In this document: positions 27,369 through 40,689 of the stretch, piece by piece | How the letters are laid out: each line of letters starts with the position of its first letter | How positions within the stretch are numbered: the stretch's first letter is position 1 | The notes under the pieces: generated by a model | Seen by the model: only the letters and a program-made list of their open reading frames with translations | The model's database searches: none | Told to the model about the DNA's origin: nothing | Made by a program: the position numbers and the translations under genes | From: Octopus vulgaris | Lineage: Eukaryota | Direction of reading: 5' to 3' | Assembly: GCA_951406725.2 (NCBI GenBank) | Contig: OX597833.1 | Span: forward strand, 25,420,001 to 25,484,000 | Length of the DNA stretch: 64,000 nucleotides

Positions 27369-27401
<33 letters not shown>

Positions 27402-27606
27402 TTGTGTGTCTGTGTTTGTCCCCCTAGCATTGCTTGACAACCGATGCTGGTGTGTCTACGTCCCCACCACTTAGCGGTTCGGCAAAAGAGACCGATAGAA
27501 TAAGTACTGGGCTTACAAAGAATAAGTTCCGGGGTCAATTTGATCGACTAAAGGCGGTGCTCCAGCATGGCCGCAGTCAAATGACTGAAACAAGTAAAAG
27601 AGTAAA

Positions 27607-27607
<1 letters not shown>
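27206..27607 (+). mobile_element. tRNA-derived SINE family A, full length
   Basis: A box (gtggatgtgtggt), B box (ggttcagtccc), internal (TA)n(TG)n, agtaaaag tail. About ten copies in the window. Confidence 0.88.
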
Positions 27608-27639
<32 letters not shown>

Positions 27640-27641
<2 letters not shown>

Positions 27642-28036
27642 AATAAATGAAAGAATGGAGTTGAACGACGATTTAACAAAATTCCTTTATTCTCGACATA
27701 TGTTTCGAAGGCTGCATATTCCTAATTTCGAAGGAATAAGTGGTGCATTATGCCGCCTTCTCATCAGGAAAACAAGGAACTTATGTCAGCATCAAGATGA
27801 ACATAAACTCTTAGATGACTGCCCACACGGAGCCCATAGCGATAATGAGTGTTTCTTTAAAATATTCCGTTATAAGCAGTTCAAGGGTAAAAAAAAAAAA
27901 ACACACAAATTTCCACACGAAAGCACGTGATCTCTGCCCTTGGCATGTAGCTTCAACCGTGTTTTTCTGACGTGAATTTGCTACCCAGGTATCGGTTAAC
28001 CGAATTATCCATACTAAGATAATTCATTCAACTACT

Positions 28037-28040
<4 letters not shown>
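27640..28040. mobile_element. Inverted PLE-type tail element in (TA)n; same family as 46222-46535
   Basis: Left part is the - strand HHR region and right part is the + strand tail. Both are shared with 46222-46535. Confidence 0.72.
27682..27779 (-). ncRNA. Type I hammerhead ribozyme with canonical core and extended stem II
   Basis: Reverse complement: TTCCTTGTTTTC-CTGATGA-GAAGGC gGCAT...ATGCa GCCTTC-GAAA-CATAT-GTC^GAGAATAAAGGAA. Confidence 0.82.
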
Positions 28041-28096
<56 letters not shown>

Positions 28097-28176
28097 TTCC
28101 TGAGCGTCCAATAATACTTTATTTGTTCCACATCCTCGCGTTGTTGTGTTTTTTTTGTGTTTTCTTGTTTGGATTA

Positions 28177-28228
<52 letters not shown>

Positions 28229-28589
28229 TCCTATAAGGTTGTGAGTAAATAGAATGGAATAAGTAGTTATGTACCACAGGTTTCGCAAGAATCAATTACG
28301 GCATATTATGTAACTTTGAGAAGCTACACAAGTGTTCAGTGTTCCTTTCCTTCGGCTACTGTTCTACCATTATCTTATAAGCCCATTGATCGATTAGCAT
28401 CTACGGTATGTTATCTATAGAAGCCTTACTTATGCTTGAGCTTAGTCAATTGCCTGTATCACAATTATATTGGGTCTCTCAGTGTAATTATGACATATAC
28501 CATATCATCGTCGTTGGCATTAATTCTAGTCCGAGTATCAAATCTATAGCAAGTATTAAATCTTCATCTTGATGGATGTGGAGAATACC

Positions 28590-29005
28590 GGTGCCTCAGA
28601 CGGCTGTCTAAGCTAAGGGTAGTATAGAAGAGCCGGGCGTATTTATCGCAGGTTAGGGTTGGCAGAAGAAGAAGTGCAAGTCATTCTTTGCATCTTCGAC
28701 ATTTTATTTCTGCATTTTGATGTTTGTTATTTTCCAATAGGTCTGTTCCCTCGACGACATGACGCCACTTTCAGCGGTCCTTGGCGGTTGTATCCCAGGT
28801 ATTCGGATCAATAGAGCAGCGGAAGAATGTGGCTTTTGCTAGTCTCGGAAACGGAATTTTGGGAAGACCAACACCACAAAAAGTTATTGACGCGTTTGAG
28901 GCATACGTATGATGTTTCCCCACTAGCGAAGGCGGTGTCGTACCATGGTAGCTTCAATACTGAGCAGTCTGGCTCGGAGCAGAACCTCTTCATTTGTAAT
29001 ATGAT
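28590..29005 (-). mobile_element. RTE-clade LINE 3' fragment
   Basis: ITNEEVLLRARLLSIEATMVRHRLR*WGNIIRM...IDPNTWDTTAKDR*KWR, typical of an RTE C-terminus. Confidence 0.78.
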
Positions 29006-29026
29006 AAGCATATATACACAAATGTG

Positions 29027-29104
<78 letters not shown>

Positions 29105-32100
29105 CTCCCTTTGCAAATACCATAAGCGCACTGATAGTGTGCCTAAAGCCACCTGGAGATGATGATCTCCTGGGGCTAAAAGCTACAGTAACACCCACCC
29201 TTTGTGGTTAGCCATATTGAGATGGCTATTATACTTTGTATATATATATATATATATTATAAAAATGGGACAAGAACGCAAAACATCCAGACATACTATA
29301 CAAAGAAAACAAGAACGGGTCATTCGGAGATTTCATTCCTCAGTCGAGTTCCAGATTATCTTTGCAATTTCGGCTGGTTATACTTGAGATTGCTCCAATC
29401 TGGCCAGCCCAAAGGAAAAACTAAGCTAAGCGCACTAGATTCCTTGGAAGAAAGCAGCGAATGTATACGAAAACAAGGATGGAAAAACGGAGAAATGGTA
29501 CTCAAATTCAAATAACAGGACATTAACAACTGGTGTTTTTTCGACTAGGGACGAATTAGATTAAGCTGGCGTATGTGGAAGTAAAGCCTTACGGCAGGGA
29601 CATGAGATTTGACAGGCACAGGAGGAATATAGATGTTGCACGAATGGTAATCGAACTAAGAAATAAAGGTCAGGCTTAGCTGAACACCGGTCACGTGGAG
29701 AGATAAGAGAGAGAGGTTTGAGGCAGAATGTATGTATGTGTTTCCGGGTCTCTGTGTGTGTTTAGGTCTATATAGTTGTTGTGTGTGTGCGTGTGCGTGT
29801 ATGTGTCTGTGTTTGTGTGTATGTGCGTGCGTTCGTGTATGCCTGTCTACCTGAATGTGCGCGCGTGTGTGTGTATACATGTGTATCTATGTACGTAGGT
29901 GTCATTAGGTTTAAATAAGCACCATAGAAGTGATATGGGAACATTAAATGGAAGCCATCAAATAAGTAAATATATGAATATCTATATAATGCGTATGTGC
30001 TAAAATATTCACAATCTCCAAGTGAACATCACATGTAGCAGGAAATGTTCTGATTATCAAGGCCAAATATCATCTCAGAACTTCCACACATAACTTCTAG
30101 CAATGTATTCAGAACAGACCCAGTCATCCTTACTATAATCACCATTCTTGCACTCCAACATGTTTTTCTTTTTACAACATTCAGGATTACCATCTCTGTT
30201 TTCCCTTATCGCTACGTATGGCAACTAATAAACTTTACCAGATTTTTGGTCTGAGCATAAGGGATGTCTTCATTGTCTACAGTCTTTTCTGCAATATTAA
30301 TTTACTTGCCACAGACAATCACAGGCTCACAAACTCTATCACATACACAAACTTTCACACCGGAAAAGAAAAACGGTGAAGCGACCTTCGCTAGCGAGTG
30401 GAGTATTACACCAGACCAGCTTTCGAAAAGAATGTAGTTTAAAAATGTCCAAATTCCTAGTGTTAGTGACATCACTGTTTTGTAAGAGCGATACCTAGCT
30501 CGTATGTTGTTGCAATGAATCAGGATAATTTAACTAAAACTAGCACCTCTGTAATCTAGAAACGCAGTTAAAGGTAAATTCAAGCTCGTCATGATTCGAT
30601 ACCATTTATCAAGAAACGTAATTTTACACGACAAATCATTTCAGCCGGCCGTCTTATCAATTCCGACAAACTACCACCCTTCCAGTAGTAGTAGTAGTAG
30701 TAGTAGTAATAGTAAGAAAAAATTGTAATGTTGCCAAGATTCTGGTGCAAGGAAATCAAAATATCAATTCTCAGTGATCTTACATTGCTATTAATTACCG
30801 ATACTATAATTTTAAGTAACTAACTCGGCGAAACGTAGATATAATCCCTAAAACCAAACACCTGTTACAAACATGAAAATAACTACATTTTTTTAAAATT
30901 ACATTTTTATGGAAAAAAACCCAAACCCATTGCAAATGGTTGTATTGGACACGCTTGCATGTGCAGAGCTTTACAAGAAGATTGCTTTTGAATACCTTCC
31001 ATTCCAAAAATTACGGAAGGTAAAATCATATATTTCTAACGTGCGTGTAATACATGCACAGACACACACACGCGCGTACATATATATTTATATATATATA
31101 TGCATTTATATATATATCTACACGCACATGTATAAACACACACACAAACAAATCCACACACATATAACTTACTTTCTTTTATAATTTATATATACTCACA
31201 TAAAAAACCTTGTATATGATTGTGTGTGATTGTGCTCGTAGTCACATGAGTGTGTCTGTGTATGTATGCATGTTTTAAGTGAGCAAAGAGATATTTCCGA
31301 CTACAAGTTTAAGAATCATAACAAAAGAAAATATATATTACACCAACTGAAGTGTGGCTGTTTATTTAACACCTGCACGTTTAATATTATTACATTACAT
31401 GATCCAAACTTACATACACGCATGATGTACTCACATGAAGACTCACAGGTACACCCTTACGCACACGTACACATACACACACATAAATACACTCACACAT
31501 GGAGACACATATGCTGATAACGTATATAGAAGTTTCATACGCGCACAAACAGAATTATACAAATACACACAGCATGCACAATATACAAACATAAACACAA
31601 TTCCATGCATATTCTTGAATATAAGCATGGAAATCAAAGCTTATACATATTGAGACGTATAGAGTAAGAAACCTATACATGCATTCACGCACATATACAT
31701 ACTTACATGCGTATATATATATAATGTACATACACACACACATTTTCACATGCGCGCACACATGCACACATATATATATATACATACGTGTGTATATAAG
31801 TATGTATGTAAGTACATGTATATTTACACACATAAAAGTATACTTGCACATCAATGCATGATATTGAAGTTGTTCAATATTAAAGTTGTTAACTTATGAG
31901 GAAAATGGGGAAAAAGAAAAGAAAAAAGTGCCAAAAACGAAAACAGAAAAAAGAGTAAACTAAATACAAAAACAAACAAACAAATACATAAAATTAATAT
32001 CAAATTTACATGAATAGGTTTTGACTCTATTAATACTAACATATTTCTTCAAACTACCTTTTAAATGTATAATAATGTTCTCCCCCACCCCCCAAAAAAC

Positions 32101-32113
32101 AGCATCACAGAAA

Positions 32114-32245
<132 letters not shown>

Positions 32246-32411
32246 TAACAACATCAACAACAACAACAACACTAATAATAATAATCTCCATATTCTTAGG
32301 GCTAGGGCTCTTTCATACATAATATTAAATGCGTTCCTTATAACTTACGAGGAGAGCGGGGGTGAATACAGTAAATATAGTTATTTAAAAGGATAGGGAG
32401 GCTAAGTGGTC

Positions 32412-32467
<56 letters not shown>

Positions 32468-33052
32468 TTACTTGAAAGAAGACGCGTGGCGTTCAATCAT
32501 ATAATAACAATTTAATAAATAAAACATGCATACATACATACATACATATATGTACATACCTACATCTATATGTATATATACATGCATATATGAGTACAGG
32601 ACACCACAAAAAAACGTAGAACACAAGAAACGAAAACATAAAATCAAACAAGGAAACGGGCTTTTTTTAACAACGAAAATACAGAGTACAAGACAAACAA
32701 CATAAGGAACATTCCCCTTCTTCAGCTGCCCCTGTTTCGACTCATTGCGTACAGAAAGCTATTTTACTGCACACGAGAAGAAATATAGGAAAAATAGAAG
32801 TTGAAAATGCACTATTTTTTTAAATATTTAACGATTTAACCAATTTCACAGTTTACACGCATTTTCAAAAATTTGAAATGGAAAGACGTGGCTTATATCG
32901 CAGCTGTCTTACTTCTGACTAGTGTTTGAAGCTTGTCCTGTTTTTATAGAGTTCATGGCTCAAGTTAGTATGTTTTAAATAGGGTTTCAGTGGTAGAGGA
33001 TAAGCACATGACTGGCCTTAGAAACTTTTGTACAATTTTTGTACACACACAC

Positions 33053-33129
<77 letters not shown>

Positions 33130-33229
33130 ATGGACCAGCACACACGGCCTAGATGATAAAAAACAAGTCAATGTTATGGTCATGGAATGTATCTATCTGA
33201 GCAATTCTCATCCACCATTCAACTTTAAA

Positions 33230-33510
33230 ATATTAATTTCAAATTTTGGCAGAAGGCCAGCAATATCAAGGGAGTGGGTAATTTGATTACATTGATCCCA
33301 GTCGTCTACTGTTACTTATGCTATCGAGCCGAGCTGATGAAAGGCAAAGTCGACCTTGGTGGAATTCGAACTCAGAATGTAAAGAAGGAAACGCCAATAT
33401 ATTTCTCAAAGAAAGGGAAATAATGATAATAACGATGGTTCCAAATTCTGGCACAAGGCCAGCATGTTTAGGGTTTCGGGTATGTCGATTATGCCGACCC
33501 CAGTGCTCAG
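33230..33510 (-). mobile_element. SINE family B fragments (two)
   Basis: aaattttggca.aaggccagca..gattacattgatcccagt..aaagtcgacctt..attcgaactcagaa. Confidence 0.65.
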
Positions 33511-35605
33511 TATTGTGTTCATCATTCATAAACAAACCTTATTCGGGGACCTTTTGAACATTCTATTTTATGAATGAAGTACTCCGTATCGGACACCCGA
33601 ATGATATTTGATCACTTTATAGAGCGATTGAGTGTCGGTTTGGTGTCTGGAACGCGATAGCTCACCTCATGGGCATGTATAAACTCTATAACCTTGGTTG
33701 GTATCTACCTCGGAGAAGGAAATCTCCAAAATAAAACTTGAGGCCTTGGAAGTTACTGGTTTTGTTAATTTTCATGTCATACCTATGAAAATTATTCTTC
33801 TGCACAGGTACTTCTTGTACACGAATTCTTAGTAAAATCATTGAATTGGTTGGCAGAAACCAAAAAATACACATGTGACTTACTCTAAAATGTCTCAAAC
33901 AGGTGTAGTAAATGGTAAAAAAACCTGGAAGCATCAGGGGTACAGGTCTCGCTCAGCAGGTGTCCCAATGTCACAGGCTGGGCTCGGTCCCCATCCTGCC
34001 ACTGTGGTCAAACAAAGTTTACGTTCTGAGTTCAAATTCCGCTGGGATCGAGTTTGTTTAAGGCAACGAGTCGGCAGCATCGTTATTGCACCGGGAAAAT
34101 GCTTAGCTGCATTCCTCCGTACTTTACATTCTGAGTTCGGATGTCTTTCGTGGTCGATAAAATGAGTACTCTTTCGCATACTAGCAAAACAGGCTTGAGT
34201 GAACATTATTGACACCTCTGTTTTAAACACCCACTATTCGGCAGATTTCTCGTCCAGATACCTTGCAAAGTGACAATTTCGACTTATAACCTACTCCTAC
34301 TTCATCCAAACAACTCCTTTTTCCTTCGCTTCTGCTTAGCTTCCGCGGATGCTTTTTCTTTCATTTGCCTCAGCTTCTGCCCTTCTTCCCTGCAAACCAT
34401 GTCGTACTGTGTTAGCAATTCTGTCTACAGACCTGTCCGAGCCTCTGCTTTCACAAGTATTCAAACTGTTCCAGTCTGCCTGCTGATATAGTAATATAAA
34501 TGTGTATGGGGATGAGTTAGGATGGGTTACGTATTTGTATAAGAAGCTGATGCTTGCGGTATTGATCATCCGGAATATTTAAAGTGAGAAACAACTTTCA
34601 AATATATCAACAAAAATTTCAGACACATCGGAATATTAAAGCCAACAGTACGCAACCATATGAGTGTTTGTAAAAAGAAAGCGTTAGAAAATACATCATA
34701 CATTGTTCTAAGCGTGGAACAGTGGCATTTTAATCTACATTTTATCAGATATTTTGATTCCATCGGTATCATACGTATAAAACACACATCAGCAAAGGAA
34801 ACTGCTACTGCTATATATCATTAGACCCACTGTATATTCGACTGTCTTTGTTTTGTTTAAAAATTCTAAAATATTGAGCAACTTATTGATTATCAAAAAA
34901 AAAACCTTTTATTTTGGCAGCATTTTTAAAAGCTAGTATAGATGCATTATTGTAAATCTTAAATGAATATAATTGACATTGAAGATTTCCAGTAGAGATA
35001 GTACGGCTGTAAAAGCAAAAATGATAAAAAATAAAGACATACAATTATGTTTTTATCATAATGATAATCAATTCTGCCAGCCTCCCTGCGATAGATATTC
35101 ATATGTGCTTATAGAAATGCTATTGTCTAGAACGTGTGCTATGCGACAATTCCTGCTTGTGTGTATTTATGTGTGTGAGCATATATTAATGATGTTACTA
35201 TTCATACTTTCTTTTCCTTTGACCTATTTTTTACATATTAACCAATCCATGCATCCAACTCTCTCTCTCTTTCTTTTTCATACAAATAATGCACACACGC
35301 GCGCGCAAGCATACATTTATACGTATATATTGTTTTTGTTTTGAGAATATATTGTTTATGCATGAGAACAAGAAAAATGCATCTTATTTCAATACAGGCT
35401 GATGTGGTGCATATGCAGAATATAGATATATGTAAGCATAATCATGTATTAAATTAAAATAAATGATTCGTTATAGAACTTTAGCACTGTAAGACCTTTT
35501 CCATGAAGTAATTTGAAAAGTTTCTGTAAAGCGTAACTTATGTCTGTCAGTGACGAATTACAATTATATCAATGTAATACATAATAATACTAACATAAGC
35601 ATTAA

Positions 35606-35652
<47 letters not shown>

Positions 35653-35654
<2 letters not shown>

Positions 35655-36340
35655 ATTAACAGAATGTGATAAAAATCCAAGGCTGTGAAAGATTTTGGAA
35701 CATATATAAAGAGAAGTTCTTACAGCTGTTTCCGGCGTATTCTATATATCCTTTCGTCGGAGGCGGTGTGAGAAAATTGTTAAGCAATAGTTATTCTAGA
35801 GAAGAAATGAACTAGAGAGTAAAGTGGAGGAATGATAACAGACGTGATATATGCAGGGATATTGTATCTGCTGTTCCAATAGTATTTTATTTTAAATAAC
35901 TTAAAAAAGAATCCTCGATTCAATAACACCGTTTACAAACTATGCTTGGAATGACTAATTTTAAATACTATTAGAATTTACACACAAGATACAGGAAATA
36001 ATGGAACAGCAGATACAATATCCTTGCCTATCTCACGTCTGTTATCATTCCTCCATTTCACTCTCAATTTCATTTCTTCTCTAGAATAACTATTGCTTAA
36101 CAATTTTCTCACACCGTCTCTGATGAAGGAATATATACAATATGCCGGAAACAGCTGTAAGACATTTTCTTTATGATTGTCTGAAATCTTTCACAGCCTT
36201 GGACTTTTATCTCATTCTGTTAATTTTTTATATATACTCATGCTGGTATATGACCTACGTTGGACTCCTCATTCGCATAGTCACCGAACCTGGAGCTTAA
36301 CTATAGTCTGTCCCTAGCACTTACTCACCATTACCTTACA
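35653..36340. mobile_element. Fold-back PLE 3'-end remnant, ~225 bp arms, each with a hammerhead motif
   Basis: 35656-35880 is inverted against 36001-36224. The spacer reads ..FNNTVYKLCLE.., resembling a decayed PLE endonuclease C-terminus. The left end abuts (TA)n. Confidence 0.78.
36116..36163 (+). ncRNA. Minimal type I hammerhead ribozyme
   Basis: GTCT-CTGATGA-AGGaATAT ataca ATATgCCG-GAAA-CAGCT-GTA^AGAC, with palindromic ACAGCTGT. The inverted twin at ~35718-35765 has CCGACGA. Confidence 0.75.
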
Positions 36341-36384
36341 CCTTATATGATATATATACATGTCTAAATATGTATGTGTGTGTG

Positions 36385-37062
36385 TTCTCCTCCAAGTAAG
36401 TTTTGTTATTTATAATTGTGACGCGAAAGTCTACAACTCTTTGCTTGACCTTCCCTTCCTTCCCTATCTCCCCCTCTCTCTCACTCCTCCGCATCTCTCT
36501 CTCACAGCCACTTGTCATCCTCTATCTCTCTCTCTCTCTCACTCCTCCTCATCTCTTTCACAGCCGGGCGAGTTGCTTCCTTTCGCCGCTGGCATTATAA
36601 CAGTGAACACTCTTAGAATCTTTCCTCGTGTAGGCCAGCATTAAGGCCCTCATTGTCTGTTTTTTTTTGTTTGTTTTATTTCTTGTACTGTATTTTTCGT
36701 ACTTGTAATTTTATTCTGTATTTTTATTTTTTGTATTTTTATTTTGTATTTTATTTTGTAATTTTATTTGTATCGTTTTTACGTCCTGGTTTTGTCACAT
36801 GTTTAACTTTCCTTGTTTTTACCCCTCTGCGAAGTAATTTTATTTAATTCCTTCGCAGGAAGGATTAGTTCCAAGAGTCGTGTTCTGTCCTCACCTTCGA
36901 AACACACTGGAGTTGAACTAGGGACAGCTGATGAAGGGGATTTTTCCTCTGTAGTTTGTCTGGTACTCTGTTTTTTCCGTTTAGGTCCGTTTCCACGTTT
37001 GTTTTTACGTTTTCGTTTCTCGTTGAGTTCTACGTCTATTTGTGGTGTCCTGTACTCACGTA
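36385..37062 (+). repeat. Interspersed repeat ending at TA/microsatellite; related tail at 32592-32750 (-)
   Basis: cagctga(t/a)gaagggga..gtttgtct.gtactctg..ttttcgtttct..ttctacgt..ttgtggtgtcctgtactca is shared. Confidence 0.65.
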
Positions 37063-37220
37063 TATATATTTATATATGCATGTATATAAACATGTAGATG
37101 TAGGTACGTACATATATGTATGTATGCATGTATTTTATTTATTACACTATTGTATGACTGAGCGCCCTCGCGTCGATTCGATTCGCTTCGTTTCGTTTCA
37201 TCTCCTCCAAGTAAGTTTTG

Positions 37221-37256
<36 letters not shown>

Positions 37257-38830
37257 ATGTATGCATGTATGTATGTATGTATGTATGTATGTATGTATGT
37301 ATGTATATATGTATGTATGTGTGTATGTATGTACACATGTATCGGCCTACGAAAAACGTGAAATCGTGAAATCATGTGTTGAAATAGATATTGTTATACT
37401 TAGGCATGGTCATATTTTGGCAATTAAACATATATACTATAGATTTGATCATCACTTCAACTTTATTATTATTTCAGTCTTTTCATTTGTCAAATTTCTT
37501 TCAGCTCACCTCCCAAGTGGGGTAGAGAATTGTTGAAGTGGTTGCAGGATGTGTGACGAAAGATCTTTGGCAAATAATCTAAAATAATGATAATAAAGCT
37601 GAAGTGAAGACCAAATATATAGTATGTGCACTTAATTGGCAACATATGGCCCTCCCCAAGTATAACGATATATATGCAGGCGCGCGTGCGTATGTTGGTG
37701 TCTGTTCGTTTGTGAATTTGTGCATAACTTGCAGAATATCATAGATATACATGTTACTCAAAACTCAACAAGCCTGAATATTATCGATGTTCATTCCCTA
37801 GAACCCACCGAGATACATCTTTCTCCTCTGTCAGAGAGTTTCTTTCCGCGCGTGGTAAGTTTGCATGAACAATTTTATGGACTGAAACCGCAAAAATTGC
37901 TCATAAATATATAGACATTCCTTATAGCATTTTGTTAGTTCCATTTGTAATATTTTACGGATTATTTATTTATTTACAAATGTTTTCGATTTCTAAATAA
38001 TTTGGGGTCGCTGACTTAACGCCATCCTTTTTTCTGTAGGGACTAAAATCATTCCAGGAATAAAATTCCAAGAGTAAAAGCAACGCAAGAAATAACACAT
38101 CCCGAGAATAACGACTCCTGAAAATAAGGTATTGACTGGGAAAAAGCTACATCTATACTCCAATATAAATGACTTTAGTATATCATTACGAATGATATTT
38201 CGCAGCCAAGTATACTGTACCACCAGGACTAATGCATACGTATTTATACCAAGTCAATAAAAGACAACACAGGTTAACTCCAAGCTAACTACAATGCATT
38301 ACAAGAAATAACATATACATATCTATATATGTGCCAAGACAGTAACATATCAGAGTCAGAGTCTCTAACTCTACCTAAGTACAATGAATCAACAGCAATA
38401 ATATGTATTTACCTAGAAAATAACCTATTTTCCACACGAAAAAAATCACTCACCACCGAGTACAATGAAACGCTGCAAATGATATCTTCATATCCGAAAA
38501 CTATAACGCATCATTGAAGATAACGTGCTACAAAGTACTATGCTGTTACAGAAATAACGCATATACATGTATCTAAACACTAACACCTACACATACATAA
38601 TAACTTGCTGCCAAGTACAATGAAATACTAGAAATAACCCATCCAAATGTGCCAAGAATCTCATGGATATCATTGTATGAACATCTGTTATTGGCGTTGT
38701 TTTCCTTCCATTTCAAAACACACAGTAAAAACGAAAGATATCATTAGATCACCATCAACATACATAGATATATGAATATATTTATGTATATAGACTTCTA
38801 TACGTAAATATACATACATTATATATATAG

Positions 38831-38863
<33 letters not shown>

Positions 38864-39380
38864 CGTGTGTGTGTGTGTATGTGTGTGTGTTTATTTATAC
38901 ATGTACTTCTAACTAGCTATTGTAAATCAATGGATGATGCATTAGTAACATAATGACTCGGTGTAAAACAACAGCGAGAACACAAGCAACCACAGCAAAA
39001 CTATCACTACCATTTGCAACAGCATCACCAACAGCAGCACCATCTATTATAACACCACCAATATCAATAACAACTACGCCTAGGACAGCAGCTTCAGCAA
39101 CAGCAGCAGGGTCAACACCAACATTATCAAGATCTCCAAAAATAGAAACGGTAATATCAACATTAATATTAAATTTATTGCTTTTAGCATCAACATCTTA
39201 GTATCTGTGTAGCACAGTTGGTTTGTGTTGACGAAGTAAGACTTCCTGAATAATCCTCAGAAATTTGTAGAATATAAAAATTAAAATAAAATTGTAGTTA
39301 TTATAAATAGAGTTATAATTAAAATTTTGAAGAAAAGCAAAGAACAAAAAAAAAACAACAACAAAAGCATTTCAAAAACG

Positions 39381-40416
39381 ATGTTGCCAAAACAAGAACA
39401 TGATATTGTGACCAATTGCTCTCCACACCGTTATGAGTTACAACAACAACAACAACAAGAACAGCAACAGCAAAAGCAGCAGCAACAACATCCACAACAA
39501 CCGCAACAGCAACAACAGCAACAGCAGCAGCAGCAGCCACAGCAACAACAACCACCACATCATCTTCTCCATCATCAACATCATCTTCTTCAGCATCATC
39601 ATCTTCATCAGCAGACACAGCAGCCACAGTATCAGCTTCAAAAGCAGAAGCAACAACCGGAGCAAAATGATGAACAGATGATCACCAGAAACTCTCCATT
39701 AAACTTGCGTTCCTCTCCTCTAAATCTAAGGCAGCTACAATTACCACAAGAGCATCATTTGCAGCTACAACCGCAGCAGCATCCTCTTCATCAACAACAG
39801 CAATATAATCAACAAGCACCACCTCAATCACCAAAATCACCAAAATCGCCAAAATCTCCAAAGTCACCAATATCGCCCAAATCTCCAAAATCACCCAACT
39901 CACCCCATTCACCACAACAACAACAACAGCAGCAACAACAACATCAATTGCAGCCTCAACAACACCCTTCACAGATTCCGCCACAACCTCAACAAAATAA
40001 GTCGCCCCCACACCAGCAACAACATCAATTACAACTACAAGAACAACACAGGAAATCACCGCAACAACACCAGCAACAACATCAATTACAACTACAAGAA
40101 CAACACAGGAAATCACCACAACAACACCAGCAACAACAATCCCCACCAAACCAACCAAACCAACAACAACAACTTCAACAACAGCATCAACATCTACATC
40201 AAAAACCACCACTTCCTCGACAACAGCGCCCACAATTACAAGTTGAGCCTCAGCAATATTCCAGACAAGCTTTACAAATGCGCAACGAGATTCAAACAAA
40301 GGAAGTGTGTGCAGCGAAATTCTGTGTCAGAGACAATGGCATTACGTCTAAAGAATCGGAAATACAGAATCAGATAACAGGAGACAAAATTGAAAAGGAA
40401 GATATTCTAGTCCGAG
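39381..40416 (+). CDS. Candidate first coding exon: polyQ/His-rich disordered region with (SPK)n repeats
   Basis: ATG at 39381, 345 open codons with mixed CAA/CAG usage, unique flanking peptides, and a strong donor CGAG|GTACGT at 40416/40417. Confidence 0.55.
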
Positions 40417-40442
40417 GTACGTTCCATTCTTTATACATAGAT

Positions 40443-40571
<129 letters not shown>

Positions 40572-40689
40572 CAAACATATGTATATTTATGTATTATATA
40601 CATACATATATACATATATATATTGATAGAAATATCAAGACAGCAAAAGAATGAAAGAGACCTCGATATTATGTAAATAGAGGAATTTA

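Noticed and set aside
33330-33375. CTGATGA motif
   Set aside because: It lies in the antisense strand of SINE B, is not conserved in other copies, and has no GAAA or stems.
38070-38650. CRISPR-like repeat-spacer pattern
   Set aside because: The repeats are highly degenerate, the context is eukaryotic and there are no cas genes. Kept only as a minisatellite.
39682-40299. 205-aa Val-rich minus-strand ORF
   Set aside because: It is the antisense shadow of the polyQ frame.
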